From: a virus
Lineage: Duplodnaviria; Caudoviricetes
Reading direction: 5' to 3' (one strand)
Length of the DNA: 64,000 bases
Virus record (IMG/VR): IMGVR_UViG_3300016476_001378
Both the position numbers and the translations under genes were made by a program. The notes under the pieces were generated by a model, which was given only the letters and a program-made list of their open reading frames with translations, had not been told where the DNA came from and ran no database searches. Shown here in pieces: positions 49,030 through 57,255 of the stretch (the stretch's first letter is position 1; each line of letters begins with the position of its first letter).

Positions 49030-49670
49030 TTTTTTTTTACCCCAGAGGGGTTTTTAGACATTGAGTCAGGGACATAAAGCCTTGGAGATTCTCTCATCCT
49101 TTGGCTTGCAGAAATCCTATCTGGATTATTTTCTGATCTATTTTTTGCCTTTAGTTTAGCAGACAATGTAACTTCTGTTGGAACAGACATACCTGTCTTT
49201 TTCATAAGGCCAATAACATTAGGGTCCGCTGCGACAAAGTCATTCATTGCCTCAGATTCAAAGTCATGATAAATTGTATCTTGATTTGACTCATTTTGGA
49301 ACTGGTTGATTTTTGTATATTTTTCTTCTGCTCTAGGATAAGCTATCCCAGCATCAACTTGTTGTTTTTGGTCATTAAAAAGAGGAAATTCTGGCCTCTC
49401 CTTTGATGTAAGTAAAGGCTTGTTATCCTGAGATGAAGGGACATACCTGCGAGTAATTCTCATAGGAGCTCGCCCTAAAGGGGCATCAGGAAACTGCTCA
49501 CTATCTTCATCGACAGTATACATAGTAACAGGCAAGGGTCTGGCATGAAGTGCTGATCCAGAAATAACAGGTTCGTATGCGTCTGTCAAGCCTACTTCCA
49601 ATTGAGAAGCATCAACGTATTCGGATTCGTCAGGTTTAATGATAGATGATAGTGAGAATCTTTTTGCCAT
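49017..49670 (-). CDS. Hypothetical protein; zero-frame product/N-terminal part of the putative fusion
   Basis: 217-aa ORF; TAG four codons after the slippery AAG. Confidence 0.75.
   Translation of the reverse strand: MAKRFSLSSIIKPDESEYVDASQLEVGLTDAYEPVISGSALHARPLPVTMYTVDEDSEQFPDAPLGRAPMRITRRYVPSSQDNKPLLTSKERPEFPLFNDQKQQVDAGIAYPRAEEKYTKINQFQNESNQDTIYHDFESEAMNDFVAADPNVIGLMKKTGMSVPTEVTLSAKLKAKNRSENNPDRISASQRMRESPRLYVPDSMSKNPSGVKKKITI
49029..49051 (-). other. Candidate recoding site: A9 run containing A_AAA_AAG, preceded by ACCCC-TCT-GGGGT mini-hairpin
   Basis: Minus strand AAC CCC TCT GGG GTA AAA AAA AAG ATT ACA ATA TAG; -1 frame ...TAA AAA CCC CTC TGG GGT AAA AAA AAA GAT TAC... Confidence 0.65.
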
Positions 49671-49682
49671 GTTTTTACTTTT

Positions 49683-49724
49683 AAAAAAATAATTTGAACC
49701 ACATATTGCAGTGGTTCAAATTAT
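49683..49724 (-). terminator. Intrinsic terminator-like hairpin
   Basis: 14-bp perfect stem ATAATTTGAACCAC/GTGGTTCAAATTAT, 8-nt loop, followed by a T run on the minus strand. Confidence 0.7.
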
Positions 49725-49728
49725 ACAG

Positions 49729-49950
49729 TTATTTTGGTTCTTCTTTTTTGAACCTATTTGTAGCCTTCTTTTTAAATCTACTTTTTCTATGCTTTGCGGT
49801 ATCTTCTTCAACAGTTAAATCACCATGTTTGGGTTTTTCTTCAACAATTGTTCCCCAGGGCACTGGACTTTTAGACTGTTCCATTAAAGAGTCCCAATAG
49901 GATTTCCATCTAGCATCACTTGTTACTTCTTTATCCATAATTAGCCTCAC
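49729..49950 (-). CDS. Small basic hypothetical protein
   Basis: 73 aa, GTG start overlapping the upstream stop; true start may be the internal ATG after GAGG. Confidence 0.6.
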   Translation of the reverse strand: MRLIMDKEVTSDARWKSYWDSLMEQSKSPVPWGTIVEEKPKHGDLTVEEDTAKHRKSRFKKKATNRFKKEEPK

Positions 49951-51887
49951 TTTTTACCCACAGCAACTGGGGTATAATTTACCTGACCTCCACCAAGACC
50001 TGTTTTTGCAAGATTTTCCATTAACATTTTATTATTTTCAACTTCTTGCTTGACAGCAGCTTTGTAATAATTACTTGCATTTTTAGCCATTGATTCGCCC
50101 ATAGGACCATGACCTGTACTAGCTTGTAAGGCCTGAGAAATCTGCATAAGCAAATTAACAATCTTCTTACCTGTTTCCCAGGTGTTTTTAATAGCAATCG
50201 GTCTAGTGACTCTTGTATTAATTGTTTTTGTTTTGCCACTTCTATCTGTTGTTGTTTTCAAATTGTTTACCATTAAGGCTGATATTGGCGCATCTAATTG
50301 TGCTTTATTGGTATCATATTCTTCTTTTAACTCAAAATATTCTAATTCTTTTGGAAGAACTTTTCTTTGTATTTCCAAGTCTTGTTTAATTGCTTCAAGA
50401 TCCTGGAGCATTGCTGTAAATTTCATTTCATTCAAAGAAATAGTATCGCTTTGGGCTGACAATTGTTCAGAACCAGATACAGGATTGCTAATCCATTTTT
50501 TAGATTCACTTATAACAAGATTAATTTCTTCCTTCTGCTTATTAATTTCTCTTAAAGTCTCATCAATTTTTTTAACAACATTTCCAGATGTAACCAAACT
50601 TGAAAATAATCCCAAGTCTCCAGATAGGCCCTTGGTCTTCTGTTCGCTTATATTGTTAATTTGCTTTAAATTATTTTCAATGACTCTTTGTCTTTGTTCA
50701 ATCAGTGCTGATTTTCTGGTAATAAGATTACCAGCTGCACGAGCTGCCTGCTCCGCAGGAGACAATGTGCCAGAACTAGTTGTTGAAGTGGTTGTAGAAG
50801 ACGTTCCACTTCCCGATGCTCCGCTTCCTGATGCTCCAGCTGAAGCACCTGCTGCTAAAATAGTTTTAAATAACTTGCTTGAACCTTTACGCCTTTTACT
50901 ATTTAGATCTATACCCAGCGCATCTAAACCTTCTAGGCCTTTTGTTATTCTGTCTACTAGGCCTTTCTTTTTCATTTCAACCCTAATTAAATTTTGTATA
51001 AAAGCACCAGCATCAAAAGTTCTATCTTTTATTTCTTTTTTGGCATTTTCTAATTCCAAAATATTGGTTTCCATAAACCATGCCAAAAAGCTTCTATAAA
51101 AAATTTCAAACGCGGTAGTTAATTCATTCTGAGCCTTCATATTTCTTATAGCAAGTGCCATGTCTTCTGTAGGTGTGCGTGTAAGCTCCATAACTGTAGC
51201 AACTTGTGACACTGATTTAGAAAAATCATTCGGATCTATCGGAGTTTTGGACCAAATTGATTTATAAAAAGGCAAAGAAATTAATAAGTTTTGATATTTT
51301 GTAAAATTTCCAGTATTTATGGCATCTAAAGCAACATTCATAATGTATTCTGGGGTAAAAACAGGTGCTCCATCTTGCATAGATTCGAATAATTTCTTAC
51401 TCCACTCCAAAACATCTTGTGGGTTACTAAATGTCTTAGCAGCTTTGGAAATAAAATTAAGAAATGTATCCCATGTATATCTTCCACTCCAAGCAGGCCA
51501 AACTTGTAAAATCATTGCAATGGCAGCATCTTCAGGTATAGATGAATCTGCTGTTATTTTTGCAATTACAGTATCGGCATATATTTCAGCAGGCGACCTT
51601 GTACCAGGGCTCGGTGGCTTATCATCAAGGCCTTTCATAGGTTTAATGATTTTAGAAATTAATTCTTGCTTATTAGATGCTATTGTTCGTTGTTGATCTA
51701 TAATGCCTTCGACTGCCTTCGCCGCAGAACCAGGCTTTGTCGTAAAATCAAATATGGCCTCGTTTATTGCGCCTTCTGGACTTGATGGCGCGCCCAACCC
51801 TTGGGTCATCTGCACGATTCCGGATTGTAGTTCGTCTGAGTCAGGTAGTGGCCAGATTGCTAATCTATAATTTCTTTGTTCAGGCAT
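49947..51887 (-). CDS. Helical/coiled-coil protein with S/G/T linker; possible internal virion protein
   Basis: 646 aa; GASAGASGSGASGSGTSSTTTSTTSSG linker; heptad-like C-terminal half. Confidence 0.7.
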   Translation of the reverse strand: MPEQRNYRLAIWPLPDSDELQSGIVQMTQGLGAPSSPEGAINEAIFDFTTKPGSAAKAVEGIIDQQRTIASNKQELISKIIKPMKGLDDKPPSPGTRSPAEIYADTVIAKITADSSIPEDAAIAMILQVWPAWSGRYTWDTFLNFISKAAKTFSNPQDVLEWSKKLFESMQDGAPVFTPEYIMNVALDAINTGNFTKYQNLLISLPFYKSIWSKTPIDPNDFSKSVSQVATVMELTRTPTEDMALAIRNMKAQNELTTAFEIFYRSFLAWFMETNILELENAKKEIKDRTFDAGAFIQNLIRVEMKKKGLVDRITKGLEGLDALGIDLNSKRRKGSSKLFKTILAAGASAGASGSGASGSGTSSTTTSTTSSGTLSPAEQAARAAGNLITRKSALIEQRQRVIENNLKQINNISEQKTKGLSGDLGLFSSLVTSGNVVKKIDETLREINKQKEEINLVISESKKWISNPVSGSEQLSAQSDTISLNEMKFTAMLQDLEAIKQDLEIQRKVLPKELEYFELKEEYDTNKAQLDAPISALMVNNLKTTTDRSGKTKTINTRVTRPIAIKNTWETGKKIVNLLMQISQALQASTGHGPMGESMAKNASNYYKAAVKQEVENNKMLMENLAKTGLGGGQVNYTPVAVGKK

Positions 51888-51919
51888 AATAAAGCACCAT
51901 TAAAAATTTAATATTTAAA

Positions 51920-51947
51920 ATATTATAAAACTAACCACCCATGCCCT
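51920..51947 (-). promoter_or_regulatory. Putative phage promoter AGG-N17-TATAATAT
   Basis: AGG 51947-51945, TATAATAT 51927-51920. Confidence 0.5.
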
Positions 51948-53001
51948 TGAACAAAGCACGGAAAAATCTACTTCTGCCACCAGGAAGCATGTATTCTGGT
52001 GTAACAATTGTTCTACTGGTTGGGTATCTGGCAAGAGGAATCTTTTCTAAGAATTTATCAAAATCTTCTTTATAAAGTTTTGCATCTTCTCTTATCTGAC
52101 CAAACACATCATTGTTCTCGGGGTCGGCTATTAATAGCTTAAATTCTCTATTCTTAAGCTGAATTAATAAACTTCTTAATAAATAATAAGTGGCCCCTGT
52201 AATTAATGCAGCATCATAATAAAATGGGGCTAATCCTACAGATGTATACTTAGATGTACCTGGCTGTGCATTAATTGCCTGTAGGGCCATGTAAAGGGCA
52301 TTATTGAGTTCACTATGAGAGAACATCCTAGTCCAGTAACTTGCATAAACCGTATCATAAGGCTCTAAGTTAACAGGATTGCCACTTGCATCTTTAAAAT
52401 GAATTCTGCCATTATAATCTGCTTGATAGGTTAAACCTTGTGGATAGTTATCTTCATTCCCGTTAATTGTTCTATAAATTGGATTCACATCATCAAGGTG
52501 AATAAATGGATCTACATTACCATCCAAAGAAGCTCCTGAAATTCTAATTTCTGGTTTTGGATAGGAATTCCAATATTTATGAACAAACCTACATGAACTT
52601 CTATTAAAATGCTCAAAGATAGCCTCTTCACTTTCAACATGAACTTCCATGAGTTGTCTAACTTGATAAATTAAAGAGGCCTTAACAAGCATTTCTGAGC
52701 CCATCATTGGCTGGCTTGTTGAAAGAACAGTGTTATCTGGAGCGATTTCTCTAACTCTGTAAAAATGACTTGGGTTGCCTTGTGGATCAACAAAGTCAAA
52801 AGCTGGAAATGGTAAAGTTGCAATTGTAATAAAGGAGCTATCAAGAGTTGGCCCCCTTAAAATTTGATAAAAAGCTACGGGAGAGGTTGATTTCCTCTCC
52901 CAAGAGATATATACACCTGGATTGGCTGCAGTGGACATGTAGTCCAGCCAAGAAGTATTCGGATAATCTAACGCGGTGAATTCTTGATTTTCTGCAGCCA
53001 A
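51931..53001 (-). CDS. Probable neck/head-tail adaptor protein with N-terminal FN3-like domain
   Basis: TTG start after GAGGT; ISWE...YQILR...FYRVR FN3-like pattern; helical C-terminus (ALQAINAQP...AALITGATYYLL) resembles adaptors; inferred. Confidence 0.55.
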   Translation of the reverse strand: MAAENQEFTALDYPNTSWLDYMSTAANPGVYISWERKSTSPVAFYQILRGPTLDSSFITIATLPFPAFDFVDPQGNPSHFYRVREIAPDNTVLSTSQPMMGSEMLVKASLIYQVRQLMEVHVESEEAIFEHFNRSSCRFVHKYWNSYPKPEIRISGASLDGNVDPFIHLDDVNPIYRTINGNEDNYPQGLTYQADYNGRIHFKDASGNPVNLEPYDTVYASYWTRMFSHSELNNALYMALQAINAQPGTSKYTSVGLAPFYYDAALITGATYYLLRSLLIQLKNREFKLLIADPENNDVFGQIREDAKLYKEDFDKFLEKIPLARYPTSRTIVTPEYMLPGGRSRFFRALFKGMGG

Positions 53002-53013
53002 TTTGTTACCTCA

Positions 53014-53820
53014 TTATCGCTTGCGCTTTACAGAGCCCTTCTTTGACTCTTCCTCATACGCATCCATCTCATCATCATCTCCGATAAGAATTTCTTCAGC
53101 GTATGATTCATTAGAATCAATGACCAAATTTGTATGGTCGATGCCTGCTAGGCGCTGATCTCTATTAAAGTTAGTCATGCTGGCCTGTGCTGGTGCTCTA
53201 TTGTCACCATCGCCGTATGAAGGTACAGCATAAGTTGCCTTACCTCTACCTGGATCTCCAGACCAAGATCCTGTGCTTGTTCTGTTCATATAGTTACGAA
53301 CAATGTCAGGATTATCCTGTGTCATTTGGCCAAATTCTCGAGCTGTGAGAATCTTGCCTTGCTCTGCATAAGCTGTGCGGAGGTTGTTAAAAGCCTGTGC
53401 GTAAGATGAGTGATCTGTAGCGAAACCAGCTGTTGAAACCAATCCACTCTTATCGCCACCACCTGCGCGAGCTGCATCAAATGTGTCTGCTACAATTTGC
53501 TTGCCATCGACATTAATGATACTGGATTCACGCTGTGCAGCTTCCTTGCGCTGCTCCTGCTGAAGCATGGCGATTTCCATCTCCATGAGCTGATCAGCCT
53601 CTTCACGGGAAATCTTTTGCAAGTTTCCGAGAGCCAAAGAACGACGAATGTCTCTTGACTTCTTAAGAAGTGTTGGGTCTTCTGAAAGAAGATCCTTAAC
53701 CTCATAAGGCTCAAAATAGATACCCATGTCTGAAACGAAGTGATGTCCTGGTGTTACGTTTTGAACGAAGAATGAATCCTCTTCAAGCTCAGGAGAGACT
53801 ACTGTCTTTGTATTATTCAT
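53014..53820 (-). CDS. Hypothetical protein, probably highly expressed
   Basis: 268 aa, AAGGA SD, upstream promoter motif, visibly more GC-rich codons than its neighbours. Confidence 0.75.
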   Translation of the reverse strand: MNNTKTVVSPELEEDSFFVQNVTPGHHFVSDMGIYFEPYEVKDLLSEDPTLLKKSRDIRRSLALGNLQKISREEADQLMEMEIAMLQQEQRKEAAQRESSIINVDGKQIVADTFDAARAGGGDKSGLVSTAGFATDHSSYAQAFNNLRTAYAEQGKILTAREFGQMTQDNPDIVRNYMNRTSTGSWSGDPGRGKATYAVPSYGDGDNRAPAQASMTNFNRDQRLAGIDHTNLVIDSNESYAEEILIGDDDEMDAYEEESKKGSVKRKR

Positions 53821-53877
53821 TTTAATTTTCCTTTTTATTTTTTGGAATTTAACATTGTTTTTAAATGTTAAGATCTA

Positions 53878-53905
53878 CTTTTCTATCAAATGGGGTAAAA
53901 ATCCT
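53878..53905 (-). promoter_or_regulatory. Putative phage promoter AGG-N17-TAGAAAAG
   Basis: AGG 53905-53903, TAGAAAAG 53885-53878. Confidence 0.55.
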
Positions 53906-53909
53906 GTTT

Positions 53910-54257
53910 TTACTTTTTCTTTTTGGAAGAGGGGCCCTTCCATACAGTTTTATCGTACTCTCCGCCAGTCCACAGTTCATTAGATTGGCCTTCTCTGCTA
54001 TTTGGTCCAAATTCTTTTTTGCGTTTGTCCCTAGCATCCTTCATGTAGGCTCCCATGTCTCGCCTACTCTTTTTAACACCAGCGTTTTTCTCACCGAGTG
54101 TTAGACCCATGTGAAAAGATGCCAAACCGGGCACCTTTTTTGTGTCTTTTGAACCACATTCCTCGCAAGCCCACTGTTCTGAGGTTGATTTTTCAAAGGT
54201 TGTAAAAACTTCAAAATCACATTCACAGTCATTGCACATAAAAGAATAAATTGGCAT
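53910..54257 (-). CDS. FmdB-family Zn-ribbon protein
   Basis: MPIYSFMCNDCECDFE...CEECGS pattern; GGAGG SD. Confidence 0.85.
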   Translation of the reverse strand: MPIYSFMCNDCECDFEVFTTFEKSTSEQWACEECGSKDTKKVPGLASFHMGLTLGEKNAGVKKSRRDMGAYMKDARDKRKKEFGPNSREGQSNELWTGGEYDKTVWKGPSSKKKK

Positions 54258-54299
54258 ACAAATCCTCCAAAAATAGATTGTACAAAATTATTTGAAACA

Positions 54300-54327
54300 A
54301 GGTCATTTTGAGGCTAAATTATAAATA
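54300..54327 (+). promoter_or_regulatory. Putative phage promoter AGG-N17-TATAAATA
   Basis: AGG 54300-54302, TATAAATA 54320-54327, ahead of the first plus-strand gene. Confidence 0.55.
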
Positions 54328-54348
54328 TTTAAAAGAGGGTTTATTAAA

Positions 54349-54537
54349 ATGGATAACAAAAAAAGTACAACTATTACAGTGCCTATGTACTGTGTCAAAT
54401 GCAGATCTAAAGTTATAGTTACAGGCCCCAAATTGATTACTTGGCCGAATGGCAAAAAGGCTATTGAGGGTCATTGTCCACACTGCAATACTAAAACTTT
54501 CAAAGTCGTAAAGAGTACGTTTACATTGGAGGGTTAA
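54349..54537 (+). CDS. Small Zn-ribbon protein (DUF5679-like)
   Basis: YCVKCR...NGKKAIEGHCPHCNTKTFK; GAGGG SD. Confidence 0.8.
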   Translation: MDNKKSTTITVPMYCVKCRSKVIVTGPKLITWPNGKKAIEGHCPHCNTKTFKVVKSTFTLEG

Positions 54538-54541
54538 TAAA

Positions 54542-54850
54542 ATGGGTGGAATTAATTTAGGTAACTTATTAATAAAGAAGCCTTTGAGATGGGCTTTCTC
54601 TCAAGCTTTTGGTTCTAAGATGAAAATTTGGTTTGATGATAATGTTTCAGGTGTAATTGATGCAGCATTAGCCAGTGGCATCTTTACTCCAGAAACTGCA
54701 GTATTAAAATTTGTAGAAGGTAACTTTGTAGATGGCTTATTTAAGCAAGCTGTAAGTAACTTAGGCATTCCTAAGCAATACCAAGGTTTTGCAAAAGAGT
54801 ACATTGAAAAAGAAATCAAGAAACAAATTGAAAACAAGTTAAAAGGTTAA
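54542..54850 (+). CDS. Hypothetical protein
   Basis: 102 aa, GGAGG SD, followed by a terminator. Confidence 0.75.
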   Translation: MGGINLGNLLIKKPLRWAFSQAFGSKMKIWFDDNVSGVIDAALASGIFTPETAVLKFVEGNFVDGLFKQAVSNLGIPKQYQGFAKEYIEKEIKKQIENKLKG

Positions 54851-54855
54851 CTAAT

Positions 54856-54884
54856 AAAGGGGATGGAAACATCCTCTTTTTCTT
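54856..54884 (+). terminator. Intrinsic terminator
   Basis: AAAGGGGATG-GAAA-CATCCTCTTT then TTCTT; GNRA loop. Confidence 0.8.
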
Positions 54885-54890
54885 ATTAGT

Positions 54891-54918
54891 AGGTAAATTA
54901 TAACACTTGTTGTAAAAA
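54891..54918 (+). promoter_or_regulatory. Putative phage promoter AGG-N17-TGTAAAAA
   Basis: AGG 54891-54893, TGTAAAAA 54911-54918, just after the terminator. Confidence 0.45.
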
Positions 54919-55044
54919 GCTAAATAGATATTTAAATACTATATCTATTATAATACCTCTAAATAGGGGTTCAAAAAACTGAAAATAATCATAGTCAAAA
55001 AGACATTATGAAATTTTCAAATAGATTAAAAGGTTGCTCAAGAA

Positions 55045-55299
55045 ATGGATAATTATTTGCCACAAGAACCAATCGAGCCAATGCACGATTTCCATCCAGC
55101 TATCAAGAACTTCGCTATGCCAACTATTAACAGGAAAGAAGAGACCGGTAAGAAGCATACTTGTTCGATCACCTTTCAGGCCCCTAGTGATGTTAAAGAG
55201 CATGACATGATGGATTATATTTTAGGTATTGAAAGTGCTTTAGGCGCCAAGGTTGTTAAATTCACTTGGACATTGTCTGAAGACAAGAACAAAGACTGA
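55045..55299 (+). CDS. Hypothetical protein
   Basis: 84 aa, AAGGT SD, followed by a terminator. Confidence 0.7.
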   Translation: MDNYLPQEPIEPMHDFHPAIKNFAMPTINRKEETGKKHTCSITFQAPSDVKEHDMMDYILGIESALGAKVVKFTWTLSEDKNKD

Positions 55300-55323
55300 T
55301 TGTATAATTTAATTAGATTATGC

Positions 55324-55354
55324 AGCCCGCTTAATCGCGGGCTTTTTCTTTTTT
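55324..55354 (+). terminator. Intrinsic terminator
   Basis: AGCCCGC-TTAATC-GCGGGCT followed by TTTTCTTTTTT. Confidence 0.85.
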
Positions 55355-55364
55355 GAGGTAATAG

Positions 55365-55967
55365 ATGGAAGAAACAGAAAACAGAATATCATTTAGGCAA
55401 GACAAGAAAACAGCAGCCTTGAATATTCATAAAAATAAATTTGGCCATACTGTAACCAGCGATACATCTGGCCAAAGTTTAGATGAAGCAGTCCAGCTCA
55501 GAGTTGGAGGCACAGGCGTGGAAGCTTATGTAGATCTTTTTGAAACTCCTACAATGAAAAAATTTATGGAGCAAAATAATCTAGACATAAATGAAGACAG
55601 CAATGAAATTGAAAAAATGGTGGAAATTGATTTATCAGAAGAAGCCGAAGAGGAATTTGTTCAGGCTCCTTATATTCGCCCTGGTACACTAGAAGAATTT
55701 GATAAATTTGCAGATAAAATCATAGGCAGGCCAGCCACGCAAAATACAACACCTGTTCAAACTGCTTCTGCCAAAAAACCATCTGTGTTTGCAACTCCTG
55801 AATCTCAAAAATTCTGCACCAATTGTAAATGCAAAATTAAAAAAGATGCAAAGTTTTGCCCAGAGTGCGGCACACCTCAAACTTTAGCACAATTTTGCAA
55901 AAACTGTGGTATTAAATTTGAAGGTTTGGAAAAATTTTGTTCTGAATGTGGCACCAAAAGAGAATAG
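55365..55967 (+). CDS. Protein with C-terminal double zinc ribbon
   Basis: FCTNC...FCPECG...FCKNCG...FCSECG; GAGGT SD. Confidence 0.88.
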   Translation: MEETENRISFRQDKKTAALNIHKNKFGHTVTSDTSGQSLDEAVQLRVGGTGVEAYVDLFETPTMKKFMEQNNLDINEDSNEIEKMVEIDLSEEAEEEFVQAPYIRPGTLEEFDKFADKIIGRPATQNTTPVQTASAKKPSVFATPESQKFCTNCKCKIKKDAKFCPECGTPQTLAQFCKNCGIKFEGLEKFCSECGTKRE

Positions 55968-55993
55968 GTTTATCTCCTTTTAATATAGAAAAT
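55966..55993 (+). promoter_or_regulatory. Putative phage promoter AGG-N17-TAGAAAAT
   Basis: AGG 55966-55968, TAGAAAAT 55986-55993, then AAGGAG SD. Confidence 0.55.
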
Positions 55994-56012
55994 TTAATGA
56001 AGGAGTTAAAAG

Positions 56013-56738
56013 ATGAGCTGGTACAGATACGCTAGAACTACAACTGCTTTAAGAAAACACATGATGAGAGTTGATCTTCATGTGCATGCTGGTGACGAAG
56101 CCGATTACACAGACGAACAAATTAAAGAAGATGCTATTAGATCTATTCTTTCAGCTGCTGTTATCAAGGGTCTAGATGTAATTGGAATTGTAGCCCACGA
56201 TGGACTTACAATGGGCCAAAGAGCCATTAACATTTCGGCAAATGAACAATTAGATCTCTGGGTTGTAGCTGGCCATGAATATCTCTGTACTGATAAATTT
56301 AGAATCATAGCTTACAATATTAAACAACCAGTTCCACCAAATTTAACTTATCAACAAGCAGCAGAATGGGTTCATAAAAATAAAGGCCTTGTAATGATTA
56401 TTGACCTTACAAAAAGACAGGCTCAGATCATCAATAAGCTTAAAGGCACGAGTGCACAGCCAGATGCAGTAGAACTCTATAATGCAGAGGTTGGCTGGTT
56501 TATGGACATTGATGTGCATGATTATTATGAGTTTATGAACTCAGCAGCAAAAAGTGCAAAAATGCTAGAAGATACCAACGTTTACACTCTAATCAACAGA
56601 AAAGATTTTGAGCAATTAGGTTTTATGCCTGAGGGTGAAGGAACAGACTATGTTCCTAAATATTTAAAGAGATCTGATGAATTAGAAGCGCAAAAAGAGC
56701 AGCAGCAAGCTAACCAGCCAGCACAAGGAGGCGTTTAA
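56013..56738 (+). CDS. PHP-domain protein with degenerate metal site
   Basis: RVDLHVH, GLDVIGIVAHDG, VVAGHEY, PDAVELYNA; NSAAKS where SDAH is expected. Confidence 0.8.
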   Translation: MSWYRYARTTTALRKHMMRVDLHVHAGDEADYTDEQIKEDAIRSILSAAVIKGLDVIGIVAHDGLTMGQRAINISANEQLDLWVVAGHEYLCTDKFRIIAYNIKQPVPPNLTYQQAAEWVHKNKGLVMIIDLTKRQAQIINKLKGTSAQPDAVELYNAEVGWFMDIDVHDYYEFMNSAAKSAKMLEDTNVYTLINRKDFEQLGFMPEGEGTDYVPKYLKRSDELEAQKEQQQANQPAQGGV

Positions 56739-57232
56739 TGTCTAGAAAATATTGCACAGTGGACAATGTAAAGCAGTATCTGCCACAAAACATTATTGTC
56801 GAGGGACAAAATCCAGATCCAAATCCTTTCAACCCTTCACCAGAAACATTACCTGCTATAAACATAGAATTTTTTATTGAGCAAGCCTGCATTGAGATCG
56901 ATTCTGCGCTTGCCACAATTTACGACGTACCGCTTAAAAAAATTAACTTTGGGGGAGATGTTCAATATCCACCTCCAATCCCTTCCATTGCGGCTCTCCT
57001 GGCCTCACAGATGATCTGGGAACAGAGACTGCAGGGTACAGATAGCCAAAGAAGCGAATCTCAAAAAGAAAGAGAAAAATGGGCCCATGATGAATTAACA
57101 ATGATTCAAAATGGCGAAAGAAGACTTATGGCCCAAAGAGCGACAAGGGGCAATCGTTATGTTAGAAATACAGCCCTTGACATTCCTAAGAACCCTGTTA
57201 AAGATGGTAAATCAACAGGCGCACCAAGATAA
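56738..57232 (+). CDS. Head-tail adaptor-like protein (Mu gp36/DUF1320-like)
   Basis: YCTVDNVKQYL...IEQACIEIDSAL...YDVPL...ELTMIQNG pattern. Confidence 0.7.
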   Translation: MSRKYCTVDNVKQYLPQNIIVEGQNPDPNPFNPSPETLPAINIEFFIEQACIEIDSALATIYDVPLKKINFGGDVQYPPPIPSIAALLASQMIWEQRLQGTDSQRSESQKEREKWAHDELTMIQNGERRLMAQRATRGNRYVRNTALDIPKNPVKDGKSTGAPR

Positions 57233-57255
57233 TAAATTTACTTATTGGTTAAAAA

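Noticed and set aside
50182-51099. 305-aa plus-strand ORF
   Set aside because: Antisense shadow of the coiled-coil gene; L/S/F/I-rich composition is what K/E/Q codons give on the reverse strand; GTG start with no SD
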